Assembly: GCF_006345805.1 (NCBI RefSeq)
Contig: NC_043003.1
Coordinates: forward strand, 42,346,001-42,410,000
Direction: 5' to 3'
DNA from: Octopus sinensis
Taxonomy: Eukaryota
Length of the DNA: 64,000 bases
Part shown: piece by piece, positions 40,245 to 52,405 of the stretch
How positions within the stretch are numbered: the stretch's first letter is position 1
Layout: each line of letters opens with the position of its first letter
Position numbers and translations under genes: made by a program
The notes under the pieces: model-generated
Told to the model about the DNA's origin: nothing
The model's input: only the letters and a program-made list of their open reading frames with translations
Databases searched by the model: none

Positions 40245-40361
40245 ACGTCGCTTCGCGTTCAAGTCCCCACTTCGCGGAATGCCTACAAAGTGATTGAATT
40301 TGGTGGACGGAAACGGTGGAAGCCGCCGTATTTGTGTGTGTGCGTGCTTGTGTGTGTGTGT

Positions 40362-40405
<44 letters not shown>

Positions 40406-40750
40406 CTCCTTCACTGCTTGACAAACGGTGCTGGTATGCTAAACTAACCATAACTTAGCAGCTCGTTTAAAACGAACCGATAGAATAAAGCACCAAACTT
40501 AAAATAAGAAATACTGGGGTCGATTTCTTCTACTAAACCGGAGGAGGCGGGTGCAGTCCACCCCGGGCGACACTTTTAACGGAGTAGAACTTTTGGGTCG
40601 CTGTAAGCAATATGTGTTTTTTGCGGGGTCCGGGGGCGGCAAACGGAAGGGCCGCCCCGTGTGACACACATTATAGTTACGCTAGTGTGCTAAACCCTAA
40701 AATGCCGTGCCCCCGCAGGGCCACAATTCACTGACCGAAACAAGCAAAAG
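40245..40750 (+). mobile_element. Degenerate SINE A interrupted by a GC-rich MITE-like insert (about 40541-40689)
   Basis: The A body stops at tactaaacc and resumes at tgctaaaccct. The insert ends tagttacgctagtg, the reverse complement of the cattagcgtaacta end at 52744. Confidence 0.6.
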
Positions 40751-40767
40751 ATATGTACATCTACATA

Positions 40768-41375
40768 CTTTTTGTTTCAGTCCATAGAGTGCGCCCATGC
40801 TGGGGCACGGCCTTGAAGAATTTTAGTCGAACGAAACACCCCCACTACATTTTTAAAGCCTGGTCCTTATTCTATCGGCCTCTTTTGCCCGAGCCGCTAT
40901 GTCACAGGGACGTGAACACACCACCACCAGGTGGTGGTGTTGGTGGACAAAAGGCGGCGAGCTGGCAGAAACGTTAGGACGCCGGGCGAAATGCGTAGCC
41001 GTATTTCGTCTGCCGTTACGTTCTGAGTTCAAATTCCGCCGAGGTCGACTTTGCCTTTCATCCTTTCGGGGTCGATAAATTAAGTACCAGTTACGCACTG
41101 GGGTCGATATAATCGACTTAATCCGTTTGTCTGTCCTTGTTTGTCCCCTCTATGTTTAGCCCCTTGTGGGTAATAAAGAAACAGGTGTTGGTGGACAAAC
41201 ACAGACAAAGACAGACACGACAGATATATACACATACGACGAGCTTCTTTCAGTTTCAGTCTGCCAAATCCGCTCAGAAAGACTTGGTAGCTCCGGTGGC
41301 TTTAGTGGAGGACACTCGCCCAAGGAACCTAGTGGTTGGGACGCAAAGTTCTTATCACAGAGCCACGTTCGCGCT
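40768..41375 (-). mobile_element. Degenerate SINE A interrupted by a SINE B2
   Basis: A tail at 40768-40935 and A body and head at 41184-41375. Confidence 0.75.
40952..41183 (+). mobile_element. Full-length SINE B2 with a 16-bp TSD
   Basis: aggcggcgagctggcagaaacgttag ... gtaataaagaaaca. Perfect TSD ggtgttggtggacaaa at 40936-40951 and 41184-41199. Confidence 0.92.
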
Positions 41376-41377
41376 CA

Positions 41378-41425
<48 letters not shown>

Positions 41426-41427
41426 AG

Positions 41428-41461
<34 letters not shown>

Positions 41462-41638
41462 AGGGAAGAAAGAAAGAAAGACAGCACGAACCCTATACAA
41501 ACAGGTAAAAGAAGTGTTTTCTATGTGGACAAAAAACAGCGAACAATGAACGAAAATAGAGCTCATTTACAAATACATTTAAAATAAGTGACATATCAAA
41601 CGAAACTTCGAAGATAGCATCAATAATATTATTTTTAT

Positions 41639-41701
<63 letters not shown>

Positions 41702-41710
41702 ACACACACC

Positions 41711-41839
41711 ACGCACATATATATAAAACGAGAGAGAGAAAGAGAGAGAGAGGAAAGACGAAAGAATATGAACGAGCAAGTAAACACATACGTACTTATT
41801 TTTTCTTATCTATGTATCAATCATATACATATGCATATA

Positions 41840-41873
<34 letters not shown>

Positions 41874-42588
41874 CATAAAAACACACACACACACATACAC
41901 ACACACACACATATATATATACATATTATATATATAATATATATATATATATACATATACACATGCATATATATACACATAGATATATATATATATAAAT
42001 ATATATATATATAGACATGCACCCATACACGCAAATACACACTTGCATGCATACATACGTACACACATACATTCTTATGTACCATTCATGTGCGTGTGTG
42101 TGAGTGTGTGTGTATATATGTGTGCGTGTGTGTATGTGTGTGTGTGTGCGTGTGTGTATGTGTGTGTGTGCGTGTGCCCATGTCTTGTATAGTCTTGCGT
42201 CGTTTTATGATGTCCAGTAACTTATCGGTTCGACAACCTGACTGAATGAAATAACCTACCGGGTCGATATGATCGACTAAATATATACTGTTCGTGGCGG
42301 TGCTCTTTGGCCACAGTCCAACATCTGAAAACAGTAAAAACAGGGGCAAAAATACACACACACACACACACACACAACACACACACACACACACGCACAT
42401 ATATAAAACGAGAGAGAGAAAGAGAGAGAGAGGAAAGACGAAAGAATATGAACGAGCAAGTAAACACATACGTACTTATTTTTTCTTATCTATGTATCAA
42501 TCATATACATATGCATATATACATACATACATACATACATATATACATAAAAACACACACACACACATACACACACACACATATATAT

Positions 42589-42633
<45 letters not shown>

Positions 42634-43055
42634 TGCATATATATACACATAGATATATATATATATAAATATATATATATATAGACATGCACCCATACAC
42701 GCAAATACACACTTGCATGCATACATACGTACACACATACATTCTTATGTACCATTCATGTGCGTGTGTGTGAGTGTGTGTGTATATATGTGTGCGTGTG
42801 TGTATGTGTGTGTGTGCGTGTGTGTATGTGTGTGTGTGTGCGTGTGCCCATGTCTTGTATAGTCTTGCGTCGTTTTATGATGTCCAGTAACTTATCGGTT
42901 CGACAACCTGACTGAATGAAATAACCTACCGGGTCGATATGATCGACTAAATATATACTGTTCGTGGCGGTGCTCTTTGGCCACAGTCCAACATCTGAAA
43001 ACAGTAAAAACAGGGGCAAAAATACACACACACACACCACACACACACACACACA
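41711..43055. repeat. Two-copy tandem duplication, unit about 675 bp, bounded by (CA)n tracts
   Basis: Unique segments (aaacgagagagagaaagagagagagaggaaagacgaaagaatatgaacgagc..., catgtcttgtatagtcttgcgtcg..., caggggcaaaaatac) recur about 670-680 bp apart. They differ mainly in microsatellite length. Confidence 0.92.
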
Positions 43056-43473
43056 GAGTTAGATACAGATACGCGTGTGTTTGTGTATGAATGTGTGTGT
43101 GTGTATGTAAAGTGTATTTATTGTTTGTACATGGGTTCCTGTCTTCAGAAATGTGTGTTTCTATATCTATGACTTTGGTACAGGCTGTGTTTGTACGTAA
43201 GCGGTTCTGTGCGTAAGCGACTGTGTATGTTATGTAGGTAGCTGTTTATGTATTGTGAGTGGTCGCGTACGTAAAATGCTGTGTATGTAGTATTTATTTC
43301 CAACGGGTCAGACTACTGCGAGAGAAGCCGATGTTTTCTATACGTAAATTTAAGTGTTTATCCATGTGAGAGTGTGTGATTTTTTTGTATTAATACGTTT
43401 ATGCGTAAGGTTATGTGTTCTTTAGTATATTAGTGATTTTGCATGTTAGATTGTGTGTGTGTATTAGGTGTAA

Positions 43474-43506
<33 letters not shown>

Positions 43507-44472
43507 ACGTAGAGAAATACGTTCAGTAACACAAATTCAGGCATATCTGTATATACAGAAACACGTACACTGCATACGTACTCACAAAACTATACTGACC
43601 TATAGCCACGAATGCTTACACACACAAAACCCGGTGTGCGCATATAAGAAGTACATACGCACGCACTCACAAACAGAAGTACATACACTCGTCTATAAAA
43701 ATCCAGGCACACACTTACACATACATACGTACGTACATATATTATATTATATACAGACAGACACACACACATACACGGAGCCGTGCGTGCTTGTATGTGC
43801 ATATATATATATGTGTGTGTGTTGTGTATGCATGCACGTGTATTGTTATGCTTCTGTATGTATTTTATGTGTGTCTATAACAGCCTGATGATGATACTAC
43901 ACCAGAGTCTAGTAGTGAGAATTTGTTACAAACAGAATGTAGAATGATATTGGCTAAGTACAACTAACGTTATCGGCGACACATACATACAAATATGTGT
44001 GCGCGTGCAATCCGCGTATGCGTGTGAAGGGTGCAGGTGCGTGTCCTAATGGTTAAGGCTGTGGTTGCTCTTTATGGGCCGGGTGACGTGTTATGGGGGT
44101 TTCGAAATCAATCATCACCAAATTATTTAGATATGAAATTTTTGGATAGTTAGTTAGAGTAAACTTCTTTTCTTTTCTTTTTTTTTTTTGCTTTTCATTC
44201 TTTCACATATTTAAAATTTGTGATCGTACTGGGGCATTACATCGAAAGGAGTTAGTTGATCAAATCGACCACAGTACTTATTTCGTGTCTGGTTACTCAT
44301 CTATCGGATACTTTCTGCCGAACCGCTAAGTTACGTGGATACAAAACAAAAGCAGTAAGTGCTAAAACCTAAGAATTACACAACACACTCACACACGAGC
44401 TCTCTCTCTCAACTTCCTCCTCCTCTCTCTTTGTGTATTTATGTATGTATGTATATATATATATATATATTA

Positions 44473-44506
<34 letters not shown>

Positions 44507-44519
44507 GCACATATAGACA

Positions 44520-44760
<241 letters not shown>

Positions 44761-44998
44761 ATGTTGGTGAACAGTCAATCGATTAGCTGATTAGCTCGCC
44801 AGGTAAAATGCCCTGCGCATTCTGAGTCTAGATATTCAACTTTATTATTTTACTTCTACTCGGTTAATAAAGTACCATTTAAGTACTGTAGACGATTTTC
44901 ATCTTTCTCAGTATTTCAGAATCGAGCGACCCTGCACTTTGAGACGATCTTGGGGCACACTACACCAACAGTTCCTTGTTCACTAAAAATTGCTAGAG

Positions 44999-45268
44999 TA
45001 GTGGTTCTTAACCAGAGTCCACATGACCCTTGGGATTGTGGGGGAGGGAGGCAAATAAGATTTTATAGTTAAACGTTATGTGCATTAAAGTGATAATACG
45101 TCTACAATACACAGAATACTATAATTTTGTTTACAATTCCTAGTAATACTGAAGTATAAAAAATATGATAGGATTTTTGCTTTAACCTCGAATATAAACG
45201 GGGTCCATTAAGATAAAATAGGAATCAACGTTGTCCGGAGGCAAAAAAAAAAATGTTGAAAACCAGAG
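44999..45268. mobile_element. Degenerate hAT/Charlie-like MITE
   Basis: Ends TAGTGGTTCTTAACC and TGTTGAAAACCAGAG resemble CAGTGGTTCTCAACC-type TIRs, with subterminal ggggtcc. No clear TSD. Confidence 0.45.
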
Positions 45269-46948
45269 CTAATTGTTCAGCAACATATCTAGTATTCTAC
45301 AAAATCCGCCCATGTTAACCACAGAACATGGCCAGTGTGAGCAGTCCAATGTGCATGCTTTATAACAAGGAACGGCAAGAAAAATTTACTGGGTCTAATT
45401 GCTTGAATAGCTCATCACTACCTGCCTTTTTAATTGATCTGTAGCAATAATCATTTTGAAAACCGTGTGAACATCACATCATATTCCTGTGGAAATATAT
45501 TTGAGGGCTTCTCCCCGCTCTAGCGGACTACACTCTGTTGGAATTGCTTGAGGCTGGTTTAAGAATACCTTCTTTCCCCTCTCATTTCTCGACCAGTTTC
45601 AGAGGCCCCCAAAAGAGTCATGAGCAGTACCCTCTCTTCTGTCTAATGGATTTTTCTAAATATTAGCATTGTTTTTGCATATAGTGCACTATACATTCTG
45701 TGCTCAAACCCCACTGGGCCATCAATGGCTTTTATCTTTCAAATTTCCTTATAACAGTGAGGGGTGCATTTAATCCACTCGACTTAACTTAGAAATAATT
45801 TTTCTTTTTGTACGAAGGTGTGTGACGTATTTGTTAAGGAGCTTGGCTCACAATCATGTCTTGGGTTCAATTCCCGTACCGGGCGGTGCGTTGTGTTTTT
45901 GAAGAAGGTACTTCATTTAATGTGACTCAAGTCTACTCATCTGAGCTGGTGCGGCTCTCTCTCCCTTCAACTACTTCATCCTAAAAGAGCCGCTGAGAAC
46001 GAAACTGCGAATGCTCACGACTCAGAGTTACCCGAAGCAATTAGTGAAACATTGTACATATCAGCAAGATATACTAGTGTTTGTGTTTGTACAGTTTCAA
46101 ATCTATACATCCTAAGTTCAGTCCTCACTATGATCGACCTTTTTTATATTTCAATTCATTAAGATTTAAATTTAGCTTTTCCACTCTCTCCTTTAAAAAC
46201 AAAATAAACATCACATATTTTACAATGTTCATATATGAAAGAAATATTTTGCTTGTCAGTATATATCAGAAAGTTTCGTTTACAAATTCAACCAGCGTCG
46301 ATACTTTGCATTTCATTTCTCTCGTTTTAAATAACATGAATACTTGCCATAACGATCCTGTTTTTTTCCCGATATATGTAAGATAACTACATTATATAAA
46401 GTTGTCTTTTCAAATTTTACATCGGTTAAGTCATTTCGAAAACGTTTAGCTGCTATTTTTAGAGGACCACGTGGAAACTTCTTTACTGCCTACTGACCTT
46501 ACTACTAGAGACTAGTATCAGTAATATACTGGGGTAGATTCAATGAACAATACTATAGTCTCTCCCATTTTTTTTAGAAAAGCAAAACACTGAGGTTAAT
46601 TACTCGCTCGGTGAATGTGCGCATGCGTATTTGTTTAAGCAGAGATTCCAAATGCGCATGCGTATGTTTATATTTCGCCGTGCGTATAACATGCTTGTAT
46701 TTGTATATTCTCGCTGTGCATGTGCGCATAGATATGCAGGTATTTTCTCAACCCATGCACCTGTTTGTCTCCTATATGCATGTGCGCATGCGTACATTCG
46801 TTTATTCAACGCGTGCATAGACGTGTATGTGTTTGTGTGGTTTGGTATGTGTGTGTGTTTCTGTACGGCAACAGATGCATATGTGTGTGTGTGTGTGCGT
46901 GTGTGTGTACATGTGCAGTTGTATATGAATGTGTCTGTGTGCGTGTAT

Positions 46949-46988
<40 letters not shown>

Positions 46989-47517
46989 ATGTCATTATTT
47001 ATATGTAAGATTGTTGATGATTAGACCCAGATCAACCCTGACTGTGTAAACCTGTGATCGAAGACAACTCAGTCATGACCATCCCACTTTTTATTTACCA
47101 GCCAAAGGGAAACTGTCGCATGTATGACTTTTTGAATGACATGCCAACGAAAAATAATTTTGAAGTTGTTTTTTTTTTAGTAGTGCGGCTCATCTGATGT
47201 CTCTTACGGCTCGCTTCTCGTAAAAGCTTGCCCATGTTTGGACTACACTGACCAGTGCCATCACCCTTCCACAGACACACACTTCATAAAATAGGAGCGT
47301 GTAATTAGAAAGCGATGTGACAGTTATTTTCTAAAAGTCTGACGCGCACGTGTACGTATGTTTGAGTGAATGTATCGATATGTACATATTTGTATATTTC
47401 TGTTTTTTTTTATGGTGACTATTTAGCTTCCATGGTATGTCTAAACCATAGGACACATACAATCTTTGGCGTCCCAGCCGTGACATCCCATTGTTTTTAA
47501 AATCATGGATTTCACAG

Positions 47518-48230
47518 AATCAGGCATGGCTCTGTGTATAAGAATTTCGCTTCGCAACCACGTGTTTTCAAACCGGCAACTTATACGAGGGTCTTCTACC
47601 CTCAGGGGCAACCAATACTTTGTGAGTGAATTTGGTACATAGAAACTGTGAAGAAGCCCATGAATTATTCATACAATCACTGACTTTATACATATAATGT
47701 ATATATATTATATATACATGTGTGTATGTGTGTGTACGTATGTAAATCAAAAGGACTAAAGATCCTTCTGAGTCATACACTCATAAACCTAGATTCCGTG
47801 GCGTATGTATTTCTCCCACTCACCATCCTGCACGGGACACTTAGTTCGTTGCTGGATTAATCATTTATTGTCAGCTGGGTGGAGTGGTGTAACGTAAAAT
47901 GAAAGGAATACATATCATCGTCCGGTCCGGAAATCGAAACCACTATGTTACGTTCTGAATGAAATACATTTACATATGTGTGTGCATGCATGTCTGTGTG
48001 TATGTATATGCTTTGTGTTGTTCTGATTTCTTTATTTTTTTTTTTCTTTTCATCGCTTGACAACCGAAGCTGGTTTGTTTACGTCCCCGTAATCAGCGGT
48101 TCAGCAAATGATAATATAATAACCTTCAAACTTGAAAGTAAGTGCTAGACTCGATCTCTTCAACTAACCCTATAACGTGGAGCACCAGCATGGCCGCAGT
48201 TTACTGAATGGAGCAAGTAAAATGAGTACA
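47518..48230 (+). mobile_element. Fragmented SINE A: head and body 47518-47660, tail 48050-48230
   Basis: tttgtgagtgaatttggtacatagaaactgtgaagaagcc and catcgcttgacaaccgaagctggtttgtttacgtccccgtaa ... gcaccagcatggccgcag. Confidence 0.6.
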
Positions 48231-48664
48231 ATACTAGTGTTGAATAATACATCTTTCTCTTTTTAAGACGGTACTGTGTGAGTAGAGAGAGAGATTTGGC
48301 AGCTATTTCTAGCATTTCGTTTGATTAATTAAAGACTCTTGATTTTAGGATAAATCATATGTTGCATGTGTATGTGGACGCCTAAGTTTGCGTTTATAAG
48401 TGTCTATGGATGCGTGTGAGTGTGCAGCGTTTCTGTGTTTCTGTATGCTAGCGTTTGATTGTGTTTGTTTCTCTCCGTTGTGAGTTCAATCTGAGAAGGG
48501 GCCAAGTATTTTGCTTTTCTTTCTTACTTTGCATCCCTCCCTCCCACGAGAGGTTTATCAAAGAGACTCTTACAAGATACGTAGAGTCGATTCATCTGAG
48601 TCCTTGCTTACTGATAACCTAGATCCACCTAAACAATTTATTCACATGGTTGCTGGTGTTGGTT

Positions 48665-48800
48665 GTGGTGTTCCAGCCGTGACTATCCTGTCTTGAGAAT
48701 CCAGACCCACGTTATCCAAACCGTCATTTTCTAAGATAGGGGGGGAGTGATATGAAGTGGATTTGGTTGTCATTTCTAGCATATCAAATGACCACATTGA
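48665..48800 (+). repeat. Unclassified interspersed repeat family F (representative copy)
   Basis: Two motifs, ttccagccgtgac(c/t)atcc.gtc and gatttggctgctatttctagca, are also co-linear at 57240-57410 (+) and 55075-55245 (-). Single-motif fragments occur elsewhere. Confidence 0.6.
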
Positions 48801-49091
48801 GGTTACCTACCTCGTTAGTTTGTGCCATGATTATACGTCGTGATCAACGAACGCCGAAGGTGAATAGATTAGCTGCTGCTGATGATTTCATGTAATTTGC
48901 GACCGGTAACGAGTGTAGAAAATGCCTTAACCCCTTAATCTCACAGTATTTCTCACTAAAATTTAAAACTCCCTGTTTTATCTTATGAGACAGAAATAAA
49001 TACTAGCCATATTCCGAGTTCAAATCTGAGGATGACAAATAAATAGTTAGCATGACTAAAGAGGTATGCCTTCCACACGCAACCAAATTTC

Positions 49092-49519
49092 TTTTTTCAT
49101 AACTTTCTGAAAAATGGTTATTTTTAAACATAATTTTCAAGAAGTACGTTTTACGTAACATAGATTATATCAGAAATTAATGTGAAAAATAATTAGGTGT
49201 TGGAGGCGGACATCTCATCAACAGGTATGAAAAACAAACTTGGAGTTGGCGGGGTGGGGGTTAAATTAATCGACCCCGTCCTCATTTCTTTCTTCTTTCT
49301 TCTACATTAAATTCTAATCTAATCGTTTCTTATGCTCTCTGAAAGGTATTAGAAAATTTTATTTAAAAATGGATATCCTGAAAGGGTTTCAGAAAGTTAG
49401 GGAACAAATCAAGGTGTGTTAATTTCCTAAAACTCCTTTCCGTTTTCTACACCATCTAGAATGTATCTCTGGTTATCTTTCATTAAAATATATACATTTT
49501 TAAGAAAGTTATTGAGAAA
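49092..49519. mobile_element. Possible old MITE with imperfect inverted repeats
   Basis: ataactttctgaaaaatg (about 49099-49116) against catttttaagaaagttat (about 49495-49512), 1 mismatch. Confidence 0.35.
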
Positions 49520-50253
49520 TTAAGTCGTATTGATAGGGGGCAGGCACGCATCTGTAGTTAAGGCTTGATAATGTTACCAATATGCCACCCTCGTAAAATA
49601 CTACTATAGAGTGCAGGTTAGCGTATATACCATTATGTGCAACAGAATCTGTAGTCTACGACAGAAGACGGTAAACTTTTTGAGTGGCGGGACGGGCTTG
49701 AGTTATGTCTTGCAGGACAAGCTAAATAAAGAAATAATGAAACCACGACCTCATAAGGCTATAGAAACATACCTCTTTCTTTTAAATTATTCTTTTAAAT
49801 GTCACCTGTTGTATGTAATGAAAGAATCGTTAACCGTTTAATGAGGTAAAAATCAGTAGGAACGTTATATATCACGGCATGTAGTGAAGAGTTAACATGT
49901 TTTTACCTAGACTGAATGGGTACCTGCCAAGTTAGTTGCTTTCCTCAAAGAACAAGTAAACAATTTTTTATCACACCTTCCTTTCTTAAAATCGATTGTT
50001 CGTGTAAAGTATTAATATAGTGACAGCGTACGAGACATTGTTAGTCGCTGTTGTGCTTTACATTTCGGAAAGGAAAAAAAAATTTACTGCGTAAAAATTC
50101 GCACCTGAGGTAGGTTTAATTTCTTACTAAATGAAACGAGCTCACTTTTTTCCTTTCTATTTTATTTTTTTACTTTAACCACGACAAAAGTGAGAATTTG
50201 CTCTTTCTGTTTTTCACCAAAAATAGAAAAAAGAAACCAAAAAAAAAAAAGTT

Positions 50254-50612
50254 TGTAGGTTCGAGTTGGGTTATGTGGTTGAAAATCTCGCTGTACAACC
50301 CCATGGTTTCCAGTTTATCCCATTGCATGGCATCTTGGGTAAGAATATTCTACTACAGCTCAAGGCTATAAAAGCGTGAATTTAGTTGACGGAAACTGTG
50401 TGGAACCCTTGGGTGTGTGAGTGAGTATGTCTTTCTGCTTGTGCTTGCTCCCATCCCAAACCTTGATAATCAGTGTCGGTTTGTTTCCATCCCTATTGAT
50501 TCGGCAAAAGAAACCGATAGAATAAGTATCTTACTTTAAAAAAAAGTACTGAGGCCCACTAAAACTCTTTCAGGTAGTGCCCCAGAATGGCCACTGAAGC
50601 ACGTAAAAGAAA
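50254..50612 (+). mobile_element. Degenerate SINE A, full length
   Basis: Head, gacggaaactg, ttcggcaaaagaaaccgatagaataagta and gtgccccagaatggccac in the expected order. Confidence 0.7.
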
Positions 50613-51031
50613 GATCTAAAGTCAGTAGTCGGTGTGTAGATTGAAATATGGTCGGGCCTTGTTGTTTTGTCAGTTGTACACTGCGAAGATTTAAAAGTGT
50701 ACTAAATATAACAAAATTGTAATACGATGTGTATGTCATTATTACTATTCCGTTATTTACAACATATTCAATAACTTTAAATGAATTATTTAATGCAGTT
50801 TATATCCCCGGCGCCCCCTGTGTAATAGAACGTTTCAACTACTGGCATTACTTTATCAAATAAAGTTACACCGGTACATGATACGTTGTATTGTAAACCA
50901 CATGCTTTGGTAACATCACACAACAGCAGCAACCATTCGTCTTGCTTAGCCTCGGGCCATAACAGACTGAGCATACCTATAACTAAAGACATGGCTACTA
51001 TGTATATTTTGTATTACTTTGTATCATTCTA

Positions 51032-51450
51032 AAGCGGCGGCGCAGGCAGAACCATTAGCATAAGGTCATAATGTTTACCGGCATTTCGTCCGAATTCACG
51101 TTCAAATGCCGCCGAGGTCGACTTCGTTTTTATTTTTTCGGTGTTGATGGAAATAAGTACTAATTGAGCACTGGGTCAAATAGTACTTATTGACCCAGTG
51201 CTCCCCCGCCGCAAAATTTCAGGCCTTGTGCTTATTATAGAAAGGATGATTTGGTATTGCTCTATTCCACTATCCCAGGCTTATCTTGGACTACTTTGCT
51301 GAACTAACATGTGTGACATTCTTAAAGGCGACGAGCTGACAGTATTTTGTCCGTCTTTATTGTCTGAGTTCAAATCCCGCTGAGGTCGACCTTACCTTTC
51401 ATCTTTTCAAGATCGATGCTATAAGTACCAGATGAGTACTTGGAATCGTC
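51032..51450 (+). mobile_element. Two degenerate SINE B copies (51032-51250 and 51322-51450)
   Basis: gccgccgaggtcgacttcg and ctgagttcaaatcccgctgaggtcgaccttacctttcatc. Confidence 0.7.
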
Positions 51451-51615
51451 AGAGGGCTTCCGTCGGTAAAGTTTGACCATGCATCGGTATATATATGCAC
51501 AAGCGTGGGTATGATTTTATTTACAGAAAACTAGTTCAGTTCTATATATAAGAGATGAGGGATTATGTACATTATTTACATTCGACGGATATTTGTCCTC
51601 ATCTTGTTTGTTGTT

Positions 51616-51661
51616 AACACAACGTTTCGGCTGATATACTCTCCAGCCATCATCAGGTGTC
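51616..51661 (-). ncRNA. Putative minimal type-I hammerhead ribozyme motif (left arm)
   Basis: GACAC-CUGAUGA-U-GGCUG-gagaguauau-CAGCC-GAAA-C-GUU-GUGUU: stem I GACAC/GUGUU, stem II GGCUG/CAGCC, palindromic ACGU in place of stem III. Confidence 0.65.
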
Positions 51662-51914
51662 TTGGAGAAATTTCAAACCTGGGTTCTCATTCCTAAGGTA
51701 TTTTTCGAGGTTGTTGTTATTATTTTTATTATTATTATTCAGGTCACTACCTCGAATCGAAATCTTGGTGTTAGTATCCCGCGCTCTTAACTCCAAGATT
51801 CCGACTTCGATTCGAGGCAGTGACCTGAATAATAATAATGATAATAATAATAATAACAACAACAACCTCGAAAAATACCTTAGGAATGAGAACCCATGTT
51901 CGAAATTTCCCCAA

Positions 51915-51960
51915 GGCACCTGATGAAGGCTGGAGGGTATATCAGCCGAAACGTTGTGTT
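51915..51960 (+). ncRNA. Putative minimal type-I hammerhead ribozyme motif (right arm)
   Basis: GGCAC-CUGAUGA-A-GGCUG-gaggguauau-CAGCC-GAAA-C-GUU-GUGUU. Confidence 0.65.
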
Positions 51961-52179
51961 CACAACAAACAAGATGAGGACAAATATCAGTCAACTGTAA
52001 ATAATGTAGAAAACTAGTTCCTTCACAAGGGATAGGCAGCCAACTTGCGACCATGCTGCTTGAACACATATCGTTGCAGGCGGCGCTGTTCTTACGTAAA
52101 GAATCGGAACAGTTACCGCAAGGCTCTTGCCCGACTCTCTAAAAGTTCTGCCAATTCACCATTCAATTTTTTCTTATTA

Positions 52180-52405
52180 CGAATGGGTGTTGAAAAGTTC
52201 TTGGCTTTAAGAGTATCGCGAAAGGCGTGGCTGGAGGGAGATCAAACTTCCAGAATTCTTTTACGGGGCTTAAAAAACTGAAGGACCGCTACAATAAGTG
52301 TGTGAATCTGAGAGAAGAATATGTTGAATAAAGTCATAATTAACTGATCATTCTCTATTTTCTTTTACCCCAAACCAGGAACTTCCCCACCCCCCCGCCC
52401 GCTCG
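52180..52405 (+). mobile_element. Mariner-derived MITE (same family as 18759-18963)
   Basis: TA-cgaatgggtgttgaaaagttcttggc ... ccaggaactt...ctcg-TA. The interior encodes KKLKDRYNKCVNLREEYVE*, the mariner transposase C-terminal motif L..RW.KC....G.Y.E. Confidence 0.8.

Larger units (their letters stand above)
51538..52007 (-). mobile_element. Penelope-like (PLE) pseudo-LTR fold-back element, non-autonomous
   Basis: Inverted arms 51568-~51775 and ~51787-52008. A 30-nt one-sided extension at 51538-51567. 13-bp direct repeat agaaaactagttc at 51525-51537 and 52008-52020. Hammerhead motif in each arm. Confidence 0.75.

Noticed and set aside
43880-43935. CTGATGA followed by an actac/gtagt stem (hammerhead-like)
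   Set aside because: GAGA replaces GAAA, there are extra nucleotides before the stem, and there is no stem I partner.
45330-45790. Possible minus-strand RT relic (KAIDGP, IRP hints)
   Set aside because: The matches are too short and frame-broken to support without an HMM search.
51653-52069. Overlapping antisense ORFs of 138 aa and 88 aa with similar text
   Set aside because: Artefact of the inverted repeat and its AAT tract.
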